From NCBI GenBank assembly GCA_964521535.1, contig CAZFSA010000003.1:1-61056 (forward strand): 61,056 nucleotides of DNA, written 5' to 3'. The notes under the pieces were generated by a model. That model saw only the letters and a list, made by a program, of their open reading frames with translations. It searched no databases and was not told where the DNA came from. The stretch's first letter is position 1; each line of letters opens with the position of its first letter. The translations under genes and the position numbers were made by a program. Positions 20,783 through 28,716 of this stretch are shown one piece after another. The DNA is from an uncultured Gemmatimonas sp. GTDB taxonomy: Bacteria > Gemmatimonadota > Gemmatimonadetes > Gemmatimonadales > GWC2-71-9.

Positions 20783-21589
20783 ATGTATCTCCTATATGTC
20801 GACGAATCCGGCGACACTGGCCTCAAGGGCTCTACGCATCTAATCCTCGCGGGCGCTGCTCTGTTCGAGGGCAAGTGGCGCTGGGTGCGGAACGACATCG
20901 AGGCGTTGCTTGCCAAGTTCCCGACCGCCTCAGATCGCCCAAGAGGGCTGCACGCTTCCGAAGTAAGGAAGGGGCGGGGCCCCTATAGCAAGCTCACACA
21001 GGACCAGCGTGATCAGCTCCTCAACGAAGCCTGCGCCATTCTGCGCAACCTCGGCGTCAAGGAGATCACGCTCTTCGGGATCGTCATCGACAAGCCTTGG
21101 TGGTTTGATCGCAACCCTGGTAAGACGGGCGACGAGCTCTACCTGGAGGCCTTCGAGGATCTCGTTTCCCGCTTCGACTACTACCTGCGCCGGCGACACG
21201 AAGAAGGCCAACCGGCGAAAGGGTTAATCATCGCCGACCCGCGGCACCAGTCGTTCTGTAGAGCACTGAAGAGTGCGCTTCAGCACTTCCATGCCGCCGG
21301 TACGCAATGGGCAAAGCTCCAGAACGTGATCGAGACCGTCCTGTTTCTCGAGTCCCATGAATCGCCCGTTGTTCAGCTGGCGGATCTCACCTCGTATTCC
21401 TTGTGGAGAGCGGCTGAGGCATCGGATCTGACGCTTGCAACGAAGATCAGATACCGCGTTGATCGCGAGGCGTTCGACTCCTCCTTCAATCCTGGCAAGT
21501 GGCACGGCGTTCGGTTTCGCGGGCCGAGCGTTTCCACCGTACGCGACAACCTGAACTCGCTTTGGCTGAGCAACCGGGGACATAGGTAA
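20783..21589 (+). CDS. DUF3800-family protein (integron cassette ORF; last codons replaced by the IS end)
   Basis: N-terminal YVDESG, LHASE and C-terminal VQLADL (QxxD) motifs; present stop lies inside the IS terminal repeat. Confidence 0.85.
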   Translation: MYLLYVDESGDTGLKGSTHLILAGAALFEGKWRWVRNDIEALLAKFPTASDRPRGLHASEVRKGRGPYSKLTQDQRDQLLNEACAILRNLGVKEITLFGIVIDKPWWFDRNPGKTGDELYLEAFEDLVSRFDYYLRRRHEEGQPAKGLIIADPRHQSFCRALKSALQHFHAAGTQWAKLQNVIETVLFLESHESPVVQLADLTSYSLWRAAEASDLTLATKIRYRVDREAFDSSFNPGKWHGVRFRGPSVSTVRDNLNSLWLSNRGHR

Positions 21590-22865
21590 CAGAGTTGTCC
21601 GGGAACATAGGTAACACTGGGATCAGCCTCGAATGATGTAGTCCCGCTCGTCGAGCTTGGCGAGGAGGATCGTGTTGAAGTAGATCGCCCAGATCCCGTT
21701 GGCGACCTCCTCGAGACCCACCCGATGGCCTTTCAGCGGGTTGGAGAGGAAGAGGAGCCGATGCTGGAACCGAAAGGTCCCGGCGTTGGTGATCCGCTTG
21801 ACGAGGAAGTGGCCGGGGTACTCCTGTGGGGGCAGGGTCCGCGGATACGGGCGCGGGGATGGCTGATACCGGGAGGCGGGGGTCTGGCCGTCCAGGGCGG
21901 CGTGGGGGCGGTCCTCGTTGTACTCGGTGCGGAACCGATTGAACGCCCGTTGCTGCGCGGCCGCATTCGGGCGCGGCGGTCGGATCGCGGCGCGCTTTAG
22001 GGTCCGGTGGATCCGTTCGTGGGCCCCGTTTTGCTGCGGCCGGCCAGGGTGAATCCGCTGGTGCTGAATCCCCAGCCGCCACCACCAGACGTTCAGGGTG
22101 GTGAGCCCATGCAGGCCACCGCTCGCGAAGGGGATGCCGTTGTCGGTGCGGATCGCCGTCGGGAGGCCGAACGTGCGGAAGGCCCGCTCGAAGACCGCGC
22201 GGGCGCCCATGGCCTTGGTCGAGGGCAAGGCCTGGCAGGTCAGGAGAAACCGGGTGTGCTGGTCGGCGATGGTCAGCGGGTAGCAGTAGATCCCGTCGCC
22301 GGTCGGGAACTGCCCTTTGAAGTCGGCGGTCCAGAGATCGGTGGGCGCGGTCGTGGTCGGCGGCACCACGCCGGGATGGTGGTGCGATCGGCGCCGGCGG
22401 CGCCGGGTCAGCAGGCGGTGCCGTCCCAGCAGATCGTTGACCGTGCTGACGGCCGGCCACGTCGTGCCGGGATGCCGGGGGGCCAGGTAGTCCAGCAGCT
22501 TCCCGGCGCCCCAGTCGGGGTGGGCGCGCCGGGTCTGGCAGAGCAGCTCGGCGAGGGCCCCGTCGATGCGGTGCGGACAGTGGTGCGGCGCCCGGCTCTG
22601 ATCATGGAGGCCGCGCCGCCCGCTCTCCGTGAACCGGGCCAGCCACTTGTAGCCGGTTCTCCGGCTCACGCCGTCGCGGGCACAGAGGTCCGTCATCGAG
22701 TACAGCCCCTGCTGGTAGTCGGCAATGAACGCGGTTCGTTGCTCCATCGGCGCGGTCTCCATCCAGGGCATCGGTCCGCCTCCTCTTGAGGTCGACCGTG
22801 CAGTTTAGAAGGAGTGTCACCCATGTTCCCGGACAAGCCTGTTACCTATCTACCCGGTTTGTACC
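21566..22865 (-). mobile_element. Complete IS481-family insertion sequence with about 50-bp imperfect terminal inverted repeats
   Basis: Left end ...AACCGGGGACATAGGTAACAGAGTTGTCCGGGAACATAGGTAACAC; right end reverse-complemented ...AACCGGGTAGATAGGTAACAGGCTTGTCCGGGAACATGGGTGACAC; GG(C) flanks both ends. Confidence 0.9.
21623..22771 (-). CDS. IS481-family DDE transposase
   Basis: N-terminal HTH (SRRTGYKW), WTADFKG, IRTDNG, NGAHERIHRT, YNEDRPH. Confidence 0.93.
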   Translation of the reverse strand: MPWMETAPMEQRTAFIADYQQGLYSMTDLCARDGVSRRTGYKWLARFTESGRRGLHDQSRAPHHCPHRIDGALAELLCQTRRAHPDWGAGKLLDYLAPRHPGTTWPAVSTVNDLLGRHRLLTRRRRRRSHHHPGVVPPTTTAPTDLWTADFKGQFPTGDGIYCYPLTIADQHTRFLLTCQALPSTKAMGARAVFERAFRTFGLPTAIRTDNGIPFASGGLHGLTTLNVWWWRLGIQHQRIHPGRPQQNGAHERIHRTLKRAAIRPPRPNAAAQQRAFNRFRTEYNEDRPHAALDGQTPASRYQPSPRPYPRTLPPQEYPGHFLVKRITNAGTFRFQHRLLFLSNPLKGHRVGLEEVANGIWAIYFNTILLAKLDERDYIIRG

Positions 22866-22873
22866 GGCCCGCT

Positions 22874-23010
22874 GGCTAACCAAATGTTGCAACGGCCGGG
22901 CGCTCCGAACTCCGCTTCCCAAGGCGCGGCCGCGGCTTCATGTTTTTCGGAGACCGCCGCGGCCGCGCTGCTCCATCGAGCGCCCGCCGCTGAACATTGG
23001 GTCGTTAGCT
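22874..23010 (+). other. Integron attC site
   Basis: R'' GGCTAAC (22874-22880) and R' GTTAGCT (23004-23010); arms CAAATGTTGCAACGGCCGGGCGCTC and GAGCGCCCGCCGCTGAACATTGG pair with extrahelical bases. Confidence 0.88.
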
Positions 23011-23238
23011 GGCGCGCCGCTGAAGTACCCCGCCCAGCTGCCGCGCACCAGCAGTTGGAAACCACCTGGTACCTTGGCGCTTGTGATGAGGGGACGAAGT
23101 CCCGTGACCCCTTCTCATCTCTGATGTGCGCCCGGCGCTCAGGGACGGACCCCCGGCCGCTCCTCATCTTGGCCACATTGTCCACACCGAAACCCGTTTA
23201 AGCTGTTGTTTTACAGGCATTTACGTCAATTGCAATCG

Positions 23239-23312
23239 ACAGCTCTCAGCTGTTCATCAACACAGCTCTTGACAGATAGCATAACAGCTCTATTGTTAGT
23301 CACCAACAGCTC
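23239..23312 (+). repeat. Four direct repeats ACAGCTC at 22-23 bp period
   Basis: Copies at 23239, 23262, 23284 and 23306; inverted AGCTGTT copies at 23201 and 23248. Confidence 0.85.
23269..23296 (+). promoter_or_regulatory. Sigma70-like promoter for the dndB-ATPase operon
   Basis: TTGACA (23269-23274), 16 nt, TATTGT (23291-23296); RBS GGGAGG before ATG 23360. Confidence 0.6.
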
Positions 23313-23359
23313 ATAATGCTATTGGACGGTCAGGCACCAATTAAAGCAGGGGAGGCGCA

Positions 23360-24478
23360 ATGAGAGTGTCAATCCCGGCGATTCAGGGCACAATGGGCGG
23401 TCGGCGATACTTCACCGTCTCGCTCTCGATGGCCGAAGTCCCAAGGCTGTTCCGATTCAATGACTGGGAACAATCCACCCCAGAACTCCGTGCACAGCGC
23501 GTTCTGAACAAGACGCGCGTGCCCGACATCATGAAGTACATCCTCGACAATGAGGACGGCTACCTCTTTTCGTCCATCACTGCATCCTTCTCGTGCGAGG
23601 TCAAGTTCACGCCCATCGCCGAGGGGTCAGACCTCGGTACTCTCGAACTGGAACTGGAGAACCTCGAGCTCATTATCAATGACGGTCAGCACAGGTCCGC
23701 TGCCATCGCAGCAGCTCTCAAGGAGAACCCTGCACTTGGCAAGGACCGCATCTCCGTTCTCCTATTCCCGATGGAAAACATCGAGCGCCTCCAGCAGATG
23801 TTCACGGACCTTAACCGCTACGCTCACAAGACATCGAAGTCGCTGGACATCCTCTACGACCACCGCGATAACCTCTCGGCCTTGACGATGGACGTCTCGG
23901 AGGCCGTAGAAGTATTCCGTGGCCTTCTCGACAAGGAGAAGATCACTATCCCCTTGCGCTCGGATAAGCTCTTCACGCTCTCCACGCTGTACGACGCGAA
24001 TGAAGAGTTGTTGGGCCCGAAGGTGGATAAGCGAGGCACGAAGGACTACGAGGCCAAGTTGAGTCTAGCGACCGAATACTGGACTGCCTTGTCGGGGGTC
24101 ATAACGGACTGGAAACGGGTCAAAGACGGTGACCTGAAGGCTCCCGCGCTCAGGCAGGAGAAAATCAACACGCACGCCGTTGTCATGCGCGCACTGGGCG
24201 GCGCAGGCAGGGCTCTCCTGGATGAGCATCCGTCCGACTGGAAGGCGCGATTGCAGCTCCTGGGGAAAATTGATTGGCGGAAGTCAGTAGGCGCGAAGGT
24301 CAATCCGCTGTGGGATAACGTATGCATCACGGCCGGCTCTGTCGTCTCGAACCGCCAGGCACGGGTGCAGACTCTGGCCGTGTTGAAGAAAGCGCTGGGC
24401 CTCAGCATCGCCCCGCGCGAGCAGACGCTCCTGGACCAAGTTCCCGCGAGAGCCAACAAGGCCCTCGCGCGTGCATAA
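23360..24478 (+). CDS. dndB: DndB-family / DGQHR-domain protein (ParB-like superfamily)
   Basis: RAQRVLNKTR, YLFSSITAS, INDGQHR, QQMFTDLNRYA, LYDHRD, KLFTLS. Confidence 0.88.
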   Translation: MRVSIPAIQGTMGGRRYFTVSLSMAEVPRLFRFNDWEQSTPELRAQRVLNKTRVPDIMKYILDNEDGYLFSSITASFSCEVKFTPIAEGSDLGTLELELENLELIINDGQHRSAAIAAALKENPALGKDRISVLLFPMENIERLQQMFTDLNRYAHKTSKSLDILYDHRDNLSALTMDVSEAVEVFRGLLDKEKITIPLRSDKLFTLSTLYDANEELLGPKVDKRGTKDYEAKLSLATEYWTALSGVITDWKRVKDGDLKAPALRQEKINTHAVVMRALGGAGRALLDEHPSDWKARLQLLGKIDWRKSVGAKVNPLWDNVCITAGSVVSNRQARVQTLAVLKKALGLSIAPREQTLLDQVPARANKALARA

Positions 24479-24488
24479 GGGGGGCACC

Positions 24489-26816
24489 ATGGACGACGTC
24501 ACGCTGTTCGACCGGCTTCTCCGTGCCGAGGACGAAGCGGAAGCAGACAAGATCTTGTCGCGTGCTGGGTTTGGCTTGGAGAACGAGGCTGTCTGGCATC
24601 CGCTTGGCGACATGCCGAACAATCGGTCCGTTGTCACAAACCAGCAGACAGAGCCAACGGCTGCTCTTGTTGAGAAGATCGTCAACGGCATCGACGCTCT
24701 CCTCATGGCAGAATCGCTGAGAAGGAGAATCGACCCCAAGGGCCCAACGGCGCCCGCGAGCATGGCTCGCGCGGTGCAGGAGTTCTTCGACGTCCCCGAC
24801 GGCTTGCTCGCCAACCTGACGGCCAAAGAGCAAACGGAACTCGCAAAAAAGCTCCACGTGGTCGTCGTCGGAGCGAAGGCTAATCCATCGTATCTGATCA
24901 TTGACAAGGGTGAGGGACAGCGTCCGGATAAGTTCCGTAACACATTCCTGTCGCTGATCCGGGAGAACAAGGTCGGCATCCCGTTCGTGCAAGGGAAGTA
25001 CAATTGCGGCGGGACGGGCGCGCTCCCATTCTGCGGAGAGCACAAGATGCAACTCATCGTTTCCCGGCGGCACCCGGATATCACCGACGACGGGGACAAC
25101 CCTTGGGGCTTCACAGTAGTAAGACGGCTGAAGCCCTCGGCGACGCGCCCGCTGTCCATGTACGTGTACCTCGCCCCGAACGGCAGAGTGCCCCGGTTCC
25201 AGGCGGACGCCATCAACGTGCTGCCGGAGGACCGCAGCACAGTGGCGCCGCGGCCCTATAGCATCGGCCTGCCCCATGGGACCTGCGTGAAGCTCTACAA
25301 CTTCCAGTGGAAGGGAGGGAGAGGTATCGCGACGCTCGAGGCCCGCTACGAGCTGGAGCGCTTCTTACACTCTCCGTGCCTTCCGTTCAGGTTGACTGAG
25401 ACCCGCGACTACAAGGCGAACTATTTCAGCACCACTGTGGCGGGGGTCTGGGCGACGATCGGTTCGGACGACGCCCCTGACGATGATAACGTTGAGCCTG
25501 GTTTCCCGGCCTTTGCGGACCTCGATCTCCGGGGCATCGGTCAGCTGCCTCAGCGAATCGCGGTATTCCGGGATTCCGTGAACCCAAGGCACGTGCCCCA
25601 TGGAGTGTTCTTTACGGTAAACGGTCAGGTTCACGGCAGTCTTCCGTCAGATTTCGTATCTCGTCACCTCAAGTTCGACTATCTGAAGGATCACCTTCTC
25701 GTATCGATCGACTGCACGAGCATGGACCCCAGTGTCCGCGAAGACTTCTTCATGGCCTCCCGGGATCGCGTCCGCAAGAACGATGTCTACGATAAGGTGG
25801 TGGACCAACTTAAAGAAACCCTCAAGGACCACCCTGGCCTGCGGCAGTTGAACGCCGCACGGCGCAAGAAGGAGATCGACGACACGCTCAGTGACGACGA
25901 AGAGACTAAGAACCTCTTCAGCGAGCTCTTGAAAGCAGATCCCATGCTCGCTCGGCTCTTTGGGATGGGGGACCGCTTGATCACAAGAGCGGGACCAGGT
26001 CCTGAAGTCCCCTTCGCGGGCAAGAAGTTCCCCACCTATTTCCGGCTGACCAAGAGCCCGTCCGGCGGTCTCGTGAAGGCCTGCCCAATAAACGTCACGT
26101 GTCGCGTAGAGTTTGAGACGGATGCGGTCAACGATTATTTCAGGCGGGCCGACTCACCCGGTTCCGTGACCGTCGATCCCGGCAACATCATCGAGCACTC
26201 CCACCTTTGGAACGGACGTTTCACCGCTCAGTTTCGCTGCCCCTGGGACGCGAAACCCGGTGATCGCATCGACGTGACGGTCACCGTGGCCGACGTGCAG
26301 ACCGACGCTCGCAATGCGCCGTTCGTTTCACGCTTTACGCTCGTAGCCGAACGCGAGGTGGATCCTAGACGCTCCGGAACGAACGGCGTTCGTGACCGGA
26401 CCAAGCCCGGACCACGATCGCCGGCGCCGACACTCGCGATCCCGGAACTGAAGTGGAAGTTCTACGAGGACCGCCGCGTCTCTCTCAAGGTCTCACACGA
26501 CGACCGAGGCCAGTTGGAGTATTTCGCGAATTCGAATAATGCATACCTCACGGATGCACTAGTCCGGGCCAAGGAAGAAGAGCATCCTCTCATCAAGTAT
26601 TGGTTTGGCTATGGGCTCTTGCTGTGCGCTCTTGGCATACAGAAGGAACTAGAGGACCGCTCTCATAGTGAGGGTGGGAAGGGGCAGAAGGGTGACGCTA
26701 ACGAGGGTGATCCTAACGATCTCGACCGCATCAACGTGACGTGCGACGGGCTCGCCCGAGTGATCATCCCCTTGATCCGCACACTGTATCGGGGGCCGCA
26801 GCTCGCGACGGCATAG
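24489..26816 (+). CDS. Large GHKL (Hsp90/MutL/MORC-like) ATPase-domain protein
   Basis: Bergerat-fold motifs EKIVNGID, IDKGEG, GKYNCGGTG, HGTCVKL; long uncharacterised C-terminal region; RBS before ATG 24489. Confidence 0.72.
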   Translation: MDDVTLFDRLLRAEDEAEADKILSRAGFGLENEAVWHPLGDMPNNRSVVTNQQTEPTAALVEKIVNGIDALLMAESLRRRIDPKGPTAPASMARAVQEFFDVPDGLLANLTAKEQTELAKKLHVVVVGAKANPSYLIIDKGEGQRPDKFRNTFLSLIRENKVGIPFVQGKYNCGGTGALPFCGEHKMQLIVSRRHPDITDDGDNPWGFTVVRRLKPSATRPLSMYVYLAPNGRVPRFQADAINVLPEDRSTVAPRPYSIGLPHGTCVKLYNFQWKGGRGIATLEARYELERFLHSPCLPFRLTETRDYKANYFSTTVAGVWATIGSDDAPDDDNVEPGFPAFADLDLRGIGQLPQRIAVFRDSVNPRHVPHGVFFTVNGQVHGSLPSDFVSRHLKFDYLKDHLLVSIDCTSMDPSVREDFFMASRDRVRKNDVYDKVVDQLKETLKDHPGLRQLNAARRKKEIDDTLSDDEETKNLFSELLKADPMLARLFGMGDRLITRAGPGPEVPFAGKKFPTYFRLTKSPSGGLVKACPINVTCRVEFETDAVNDYFRRADSPGSVTVDPGNIIEHSHLWNGRFTAQFRCPWDAKPGDRIDVTVTVADVQTDARNAPFVSRFTLVAEREVDPRRSGTNGVRDRTKPGPRSPAPTLAIPELKWKFYEDRRVSLKVSHDDRGQLEYFANSNNAYLTDALVRAKEEEHPLIKYWFGYGLLLCALGIQKELEDRSHSEGGKGQKGDANEGDPNDLDRINVTCDGLARVIIPLIRTLYRGPQLATA

Positions 26817-28008
26817 GCTCCGGGACAAGGCGGTACACTCGCGGGTGTCGTGGACGATGGATCAGAAGGACTTCACTCGACGCGTCCACGGCACCCTGGA
26901 GGTTCGCATACCACCGGCGATTCGGAACTCGCCGAACAAGCCGGGGCTGTGCCGATCCTCGAATCTGGACCTCCTCGAATCCGGCAGCGTCCATAGCTTC
27001 GAGATACCTAGGCAACTGTTCACCTGTGTGTCCGAATCCTACAAGTTGGACAACTGTCGCATCTGGTGCCACGAGCTGCCTCACAGACGAGAAGGCATCT
27101 ACAATCATAGCGAAATACGCGCGCTCGCCCGTCGGCGTTCTGCTCCCCCCAGTGTAGTGACTTCCGGGCTTTCCATCTCTGAGCTGCGCAATCCAGTACG
27201 GAGCCGCAGTCTCCCTGCGGCCGCGCACCTGCCAGCGGTGGTACAAGACGTGTACGCGCGGGTATGGCGGCGACGTGAACACGAGGCGCGGTCGTTCCCT
27301 GAGACCCCGCAGCCGGGCATCCTGATGGAGCCCCGCAGAACTCCGGCACAGGAGCAGCCGACGGCTAGAGATCTGGTTCTTGCTTATGCCGCCTGACCTG
27401 CAACACTCCACAAACGCTCGGAGGCCCGTCAGCATCTCCTCGGTGAGAGTCGTGAGCCTATCGAGTATGAAAGTAATAGGCGCGGCGTCGTGGTCTCGGC
27501 AGTCCACTGCCCACTGCCCGAGCCGGAGCAATACGCCGCGAGCGAAGGCTCGTTGCCGTGGGAACCGCAGGCGCGCTGTTGCGCGCAGTGCGCTTGACAT
27601 GAAGGCCGATACTCTTGGGGGTAGATTTCGCACGACCGGTTGCGCGGGGCCCGTTACGTTGGCTGCCCTAGCCACATTCCTGACCCATGTTCGGATAGCA
27701 TCCTCATCCAACGGCGAGAGTGGCGTTGTTTTCACGCACGCGACGAAGTGTGCCAGGGCATTCAGGTCAACGCCCACCACCGACCGGCCGAGTGCAAGAC
27801 CCTCAACGACAGCGGTCCCACCCCCCATGAACGGGTCCAGGATCACGTCGTTGGGGTCCGAGAACCGTTCAATGATCGTGCGCGCGATTGCGGGAGGAAA
27901 CCGGGCCGGATAAAGGTAGAAGTTGTGCGTGCTACCGGTGATGACCTTCTCCGACGCCATGGCAGCCCGAAGGCCCTCGAGCGATTGGCGGTCTAAGAGA
28001 ACACTCAT
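26764..28008 (-). CDS. DNA amino-methyltransferase (probably N4-cytosine, alpha-type motif order)
   Basis: THNFYLYPARF, motif I ILDPFMGGGT, motif IV VFTSPPY. Confidence 0.88.
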   Translation of the reverse strand: MSVLLDRQSLEGLRAAMASEKVITGSTHNFYLYPARFPPAIARTIIERFSDPNDVILDPFMGGGTAVVEGLALGRSVVGVDLNALAHFVACVKTTPLSPLDEDAIRTWVRNVARAANVTGPAQPVVRNLPPRVSAFMSSALRATARLRFPRQRAFARGVLLRLGQWAVDCRDHDAAPITFILDRLTTLTEEMLTGLRAFVECCRSGGISKNQISSRRLLLCRSSAGLHQDARLRGLRERPRLVFTSPPYPRVHVLYHRWQVRGRRETAAPYWIAQLRDGKPGSHYTGGSRTPTGERAYFAMIVDAFSSVRQLVAPDATVVQLVGFGHTGEQLPRYLEAMDAAGFEEVQIRGSAQPRLVRRVPNRRWYANLQGAVDASSEVLLIHRPRHPRVYRLVPEPMPSRAAAPDTVCGSRG

Positions 28009-28199
28009 CGCTCGCGCTCCGCCCGCTGGTCAGCAGCCTGTAGCCCAACCAACCTGAGCCACGTCGAGACGCCCAAGCCCGCCCTGCGGGCGGCGCGGCT
28101 CAACTTCTCCTTCTCATCGCTGGTAACCCGCACACGTATCTGGCTCTCCTTCCGGTCTTCACTTGACTTCGTGGCCGACTTGCCAAGTCTGGGGAGCAT
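28005..28199 (-). CDS. Small ribbon-helix-helix regulator (MobC/DUF1778-like), translationally coupled to the MTase
   Basis: KESQIRVRVTSDEKEKLSRAARRAGLGVSTWLR; ATGA overlap at 28005-28008. Confidence 0.8.
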   Translation of the reverse strand: MLPRLGKSATKSSEDRKESQIRVRVTSDEKEKLSRAARRAGLGVSTWLRLVGLQAADQRAERER

Positions 28200-28204
28200 A
28201 GCCT

Positions 28205-28233
28205 ACATTAGTGCCACATTGTGGCCATGTCAA
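28205..28233 (-). promoter_or_regulatory. Sigma70 promoter with palindromic operator in the spacer
   Basis: Minus strand TTGACA-tgGCCACAATGTGGCac (17-nt spacer containing the palindrome)-TAATGT, 5 nt before ATG 28199. Confidence 0.75.
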
Positions 28234-28249
28234 ATACACTTCGCGAAGG

Positions 28250-28690
28250 GCTGAACAGCCGGGAACATAGCTGACAGAGTGTCCGGGGACATGGTTAACA
28301 CTTCTCCTCCTTGCGGAAGGGGCCCCCGGTGATGAGGTGGGTGCGTTCGTCGAAGCGCCCAGGAGGGTCTCGTAGTAGCCGACGTTCCAGAGGTTGTCGG
28401 CGATCTCCTCGAAGCCAACATACTCGTGATTGAGGCCGGACTCAGGAAGTGCTGGCCGGAGTGCAGGCGGAAGGTGGCTGCCCGGCGTGATGCGCGGGTG
28501 GACAATGCCGAGCTGGAGCCACCAGACCTTGGGGCGGTTGAGGCCGTGGATGCCGGTGGACGCGAAGGGCGCGCCGTTGTCGCTGTGGATCGCCTCGGGA
28601 AGGCCACAGCGGGTGCAGAGTTCGGTCATGGTCCAGGCCCCACTGGCGCAGTCCTGGGCGAAAGGCTGGCGTTTGGCTGCATGGTTGGAG
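28250..28690 (-). mobile_element. Internally deleted remnant of a related IS481-family element
   Basis: Terminal repeat CTGAACAGCCGGGAACATAGCTGACAGAGTGTCCGGGGACATGGTTAACAC resembles 21566-21617; fragments MTELCTRCGLPEAIHSDNGAPFAS, WWLQLGIVH, VGFEEIADNLW. Confidence 0.85.
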
Positions 28691-28716
28691 ACAGCGAGGC
28701 CGAACGAGGGACGACG

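Noticed and set aside
23239-23312. Periodic repeats as a mini CRISPR array
   Set aside because: The repeat is only 7 bp with a 22-23 bp period and there are no cas genes; it fits operator repeats better
23360-26816. Canonical Dnd phosphorothioation operon (second gene as DndC/DndD)
   Set aside because: The 24489-26816 protein has GHKL motifs, not PAPS-reductase or SMC-like Walker motifs; no dndA/C/D/E in the window
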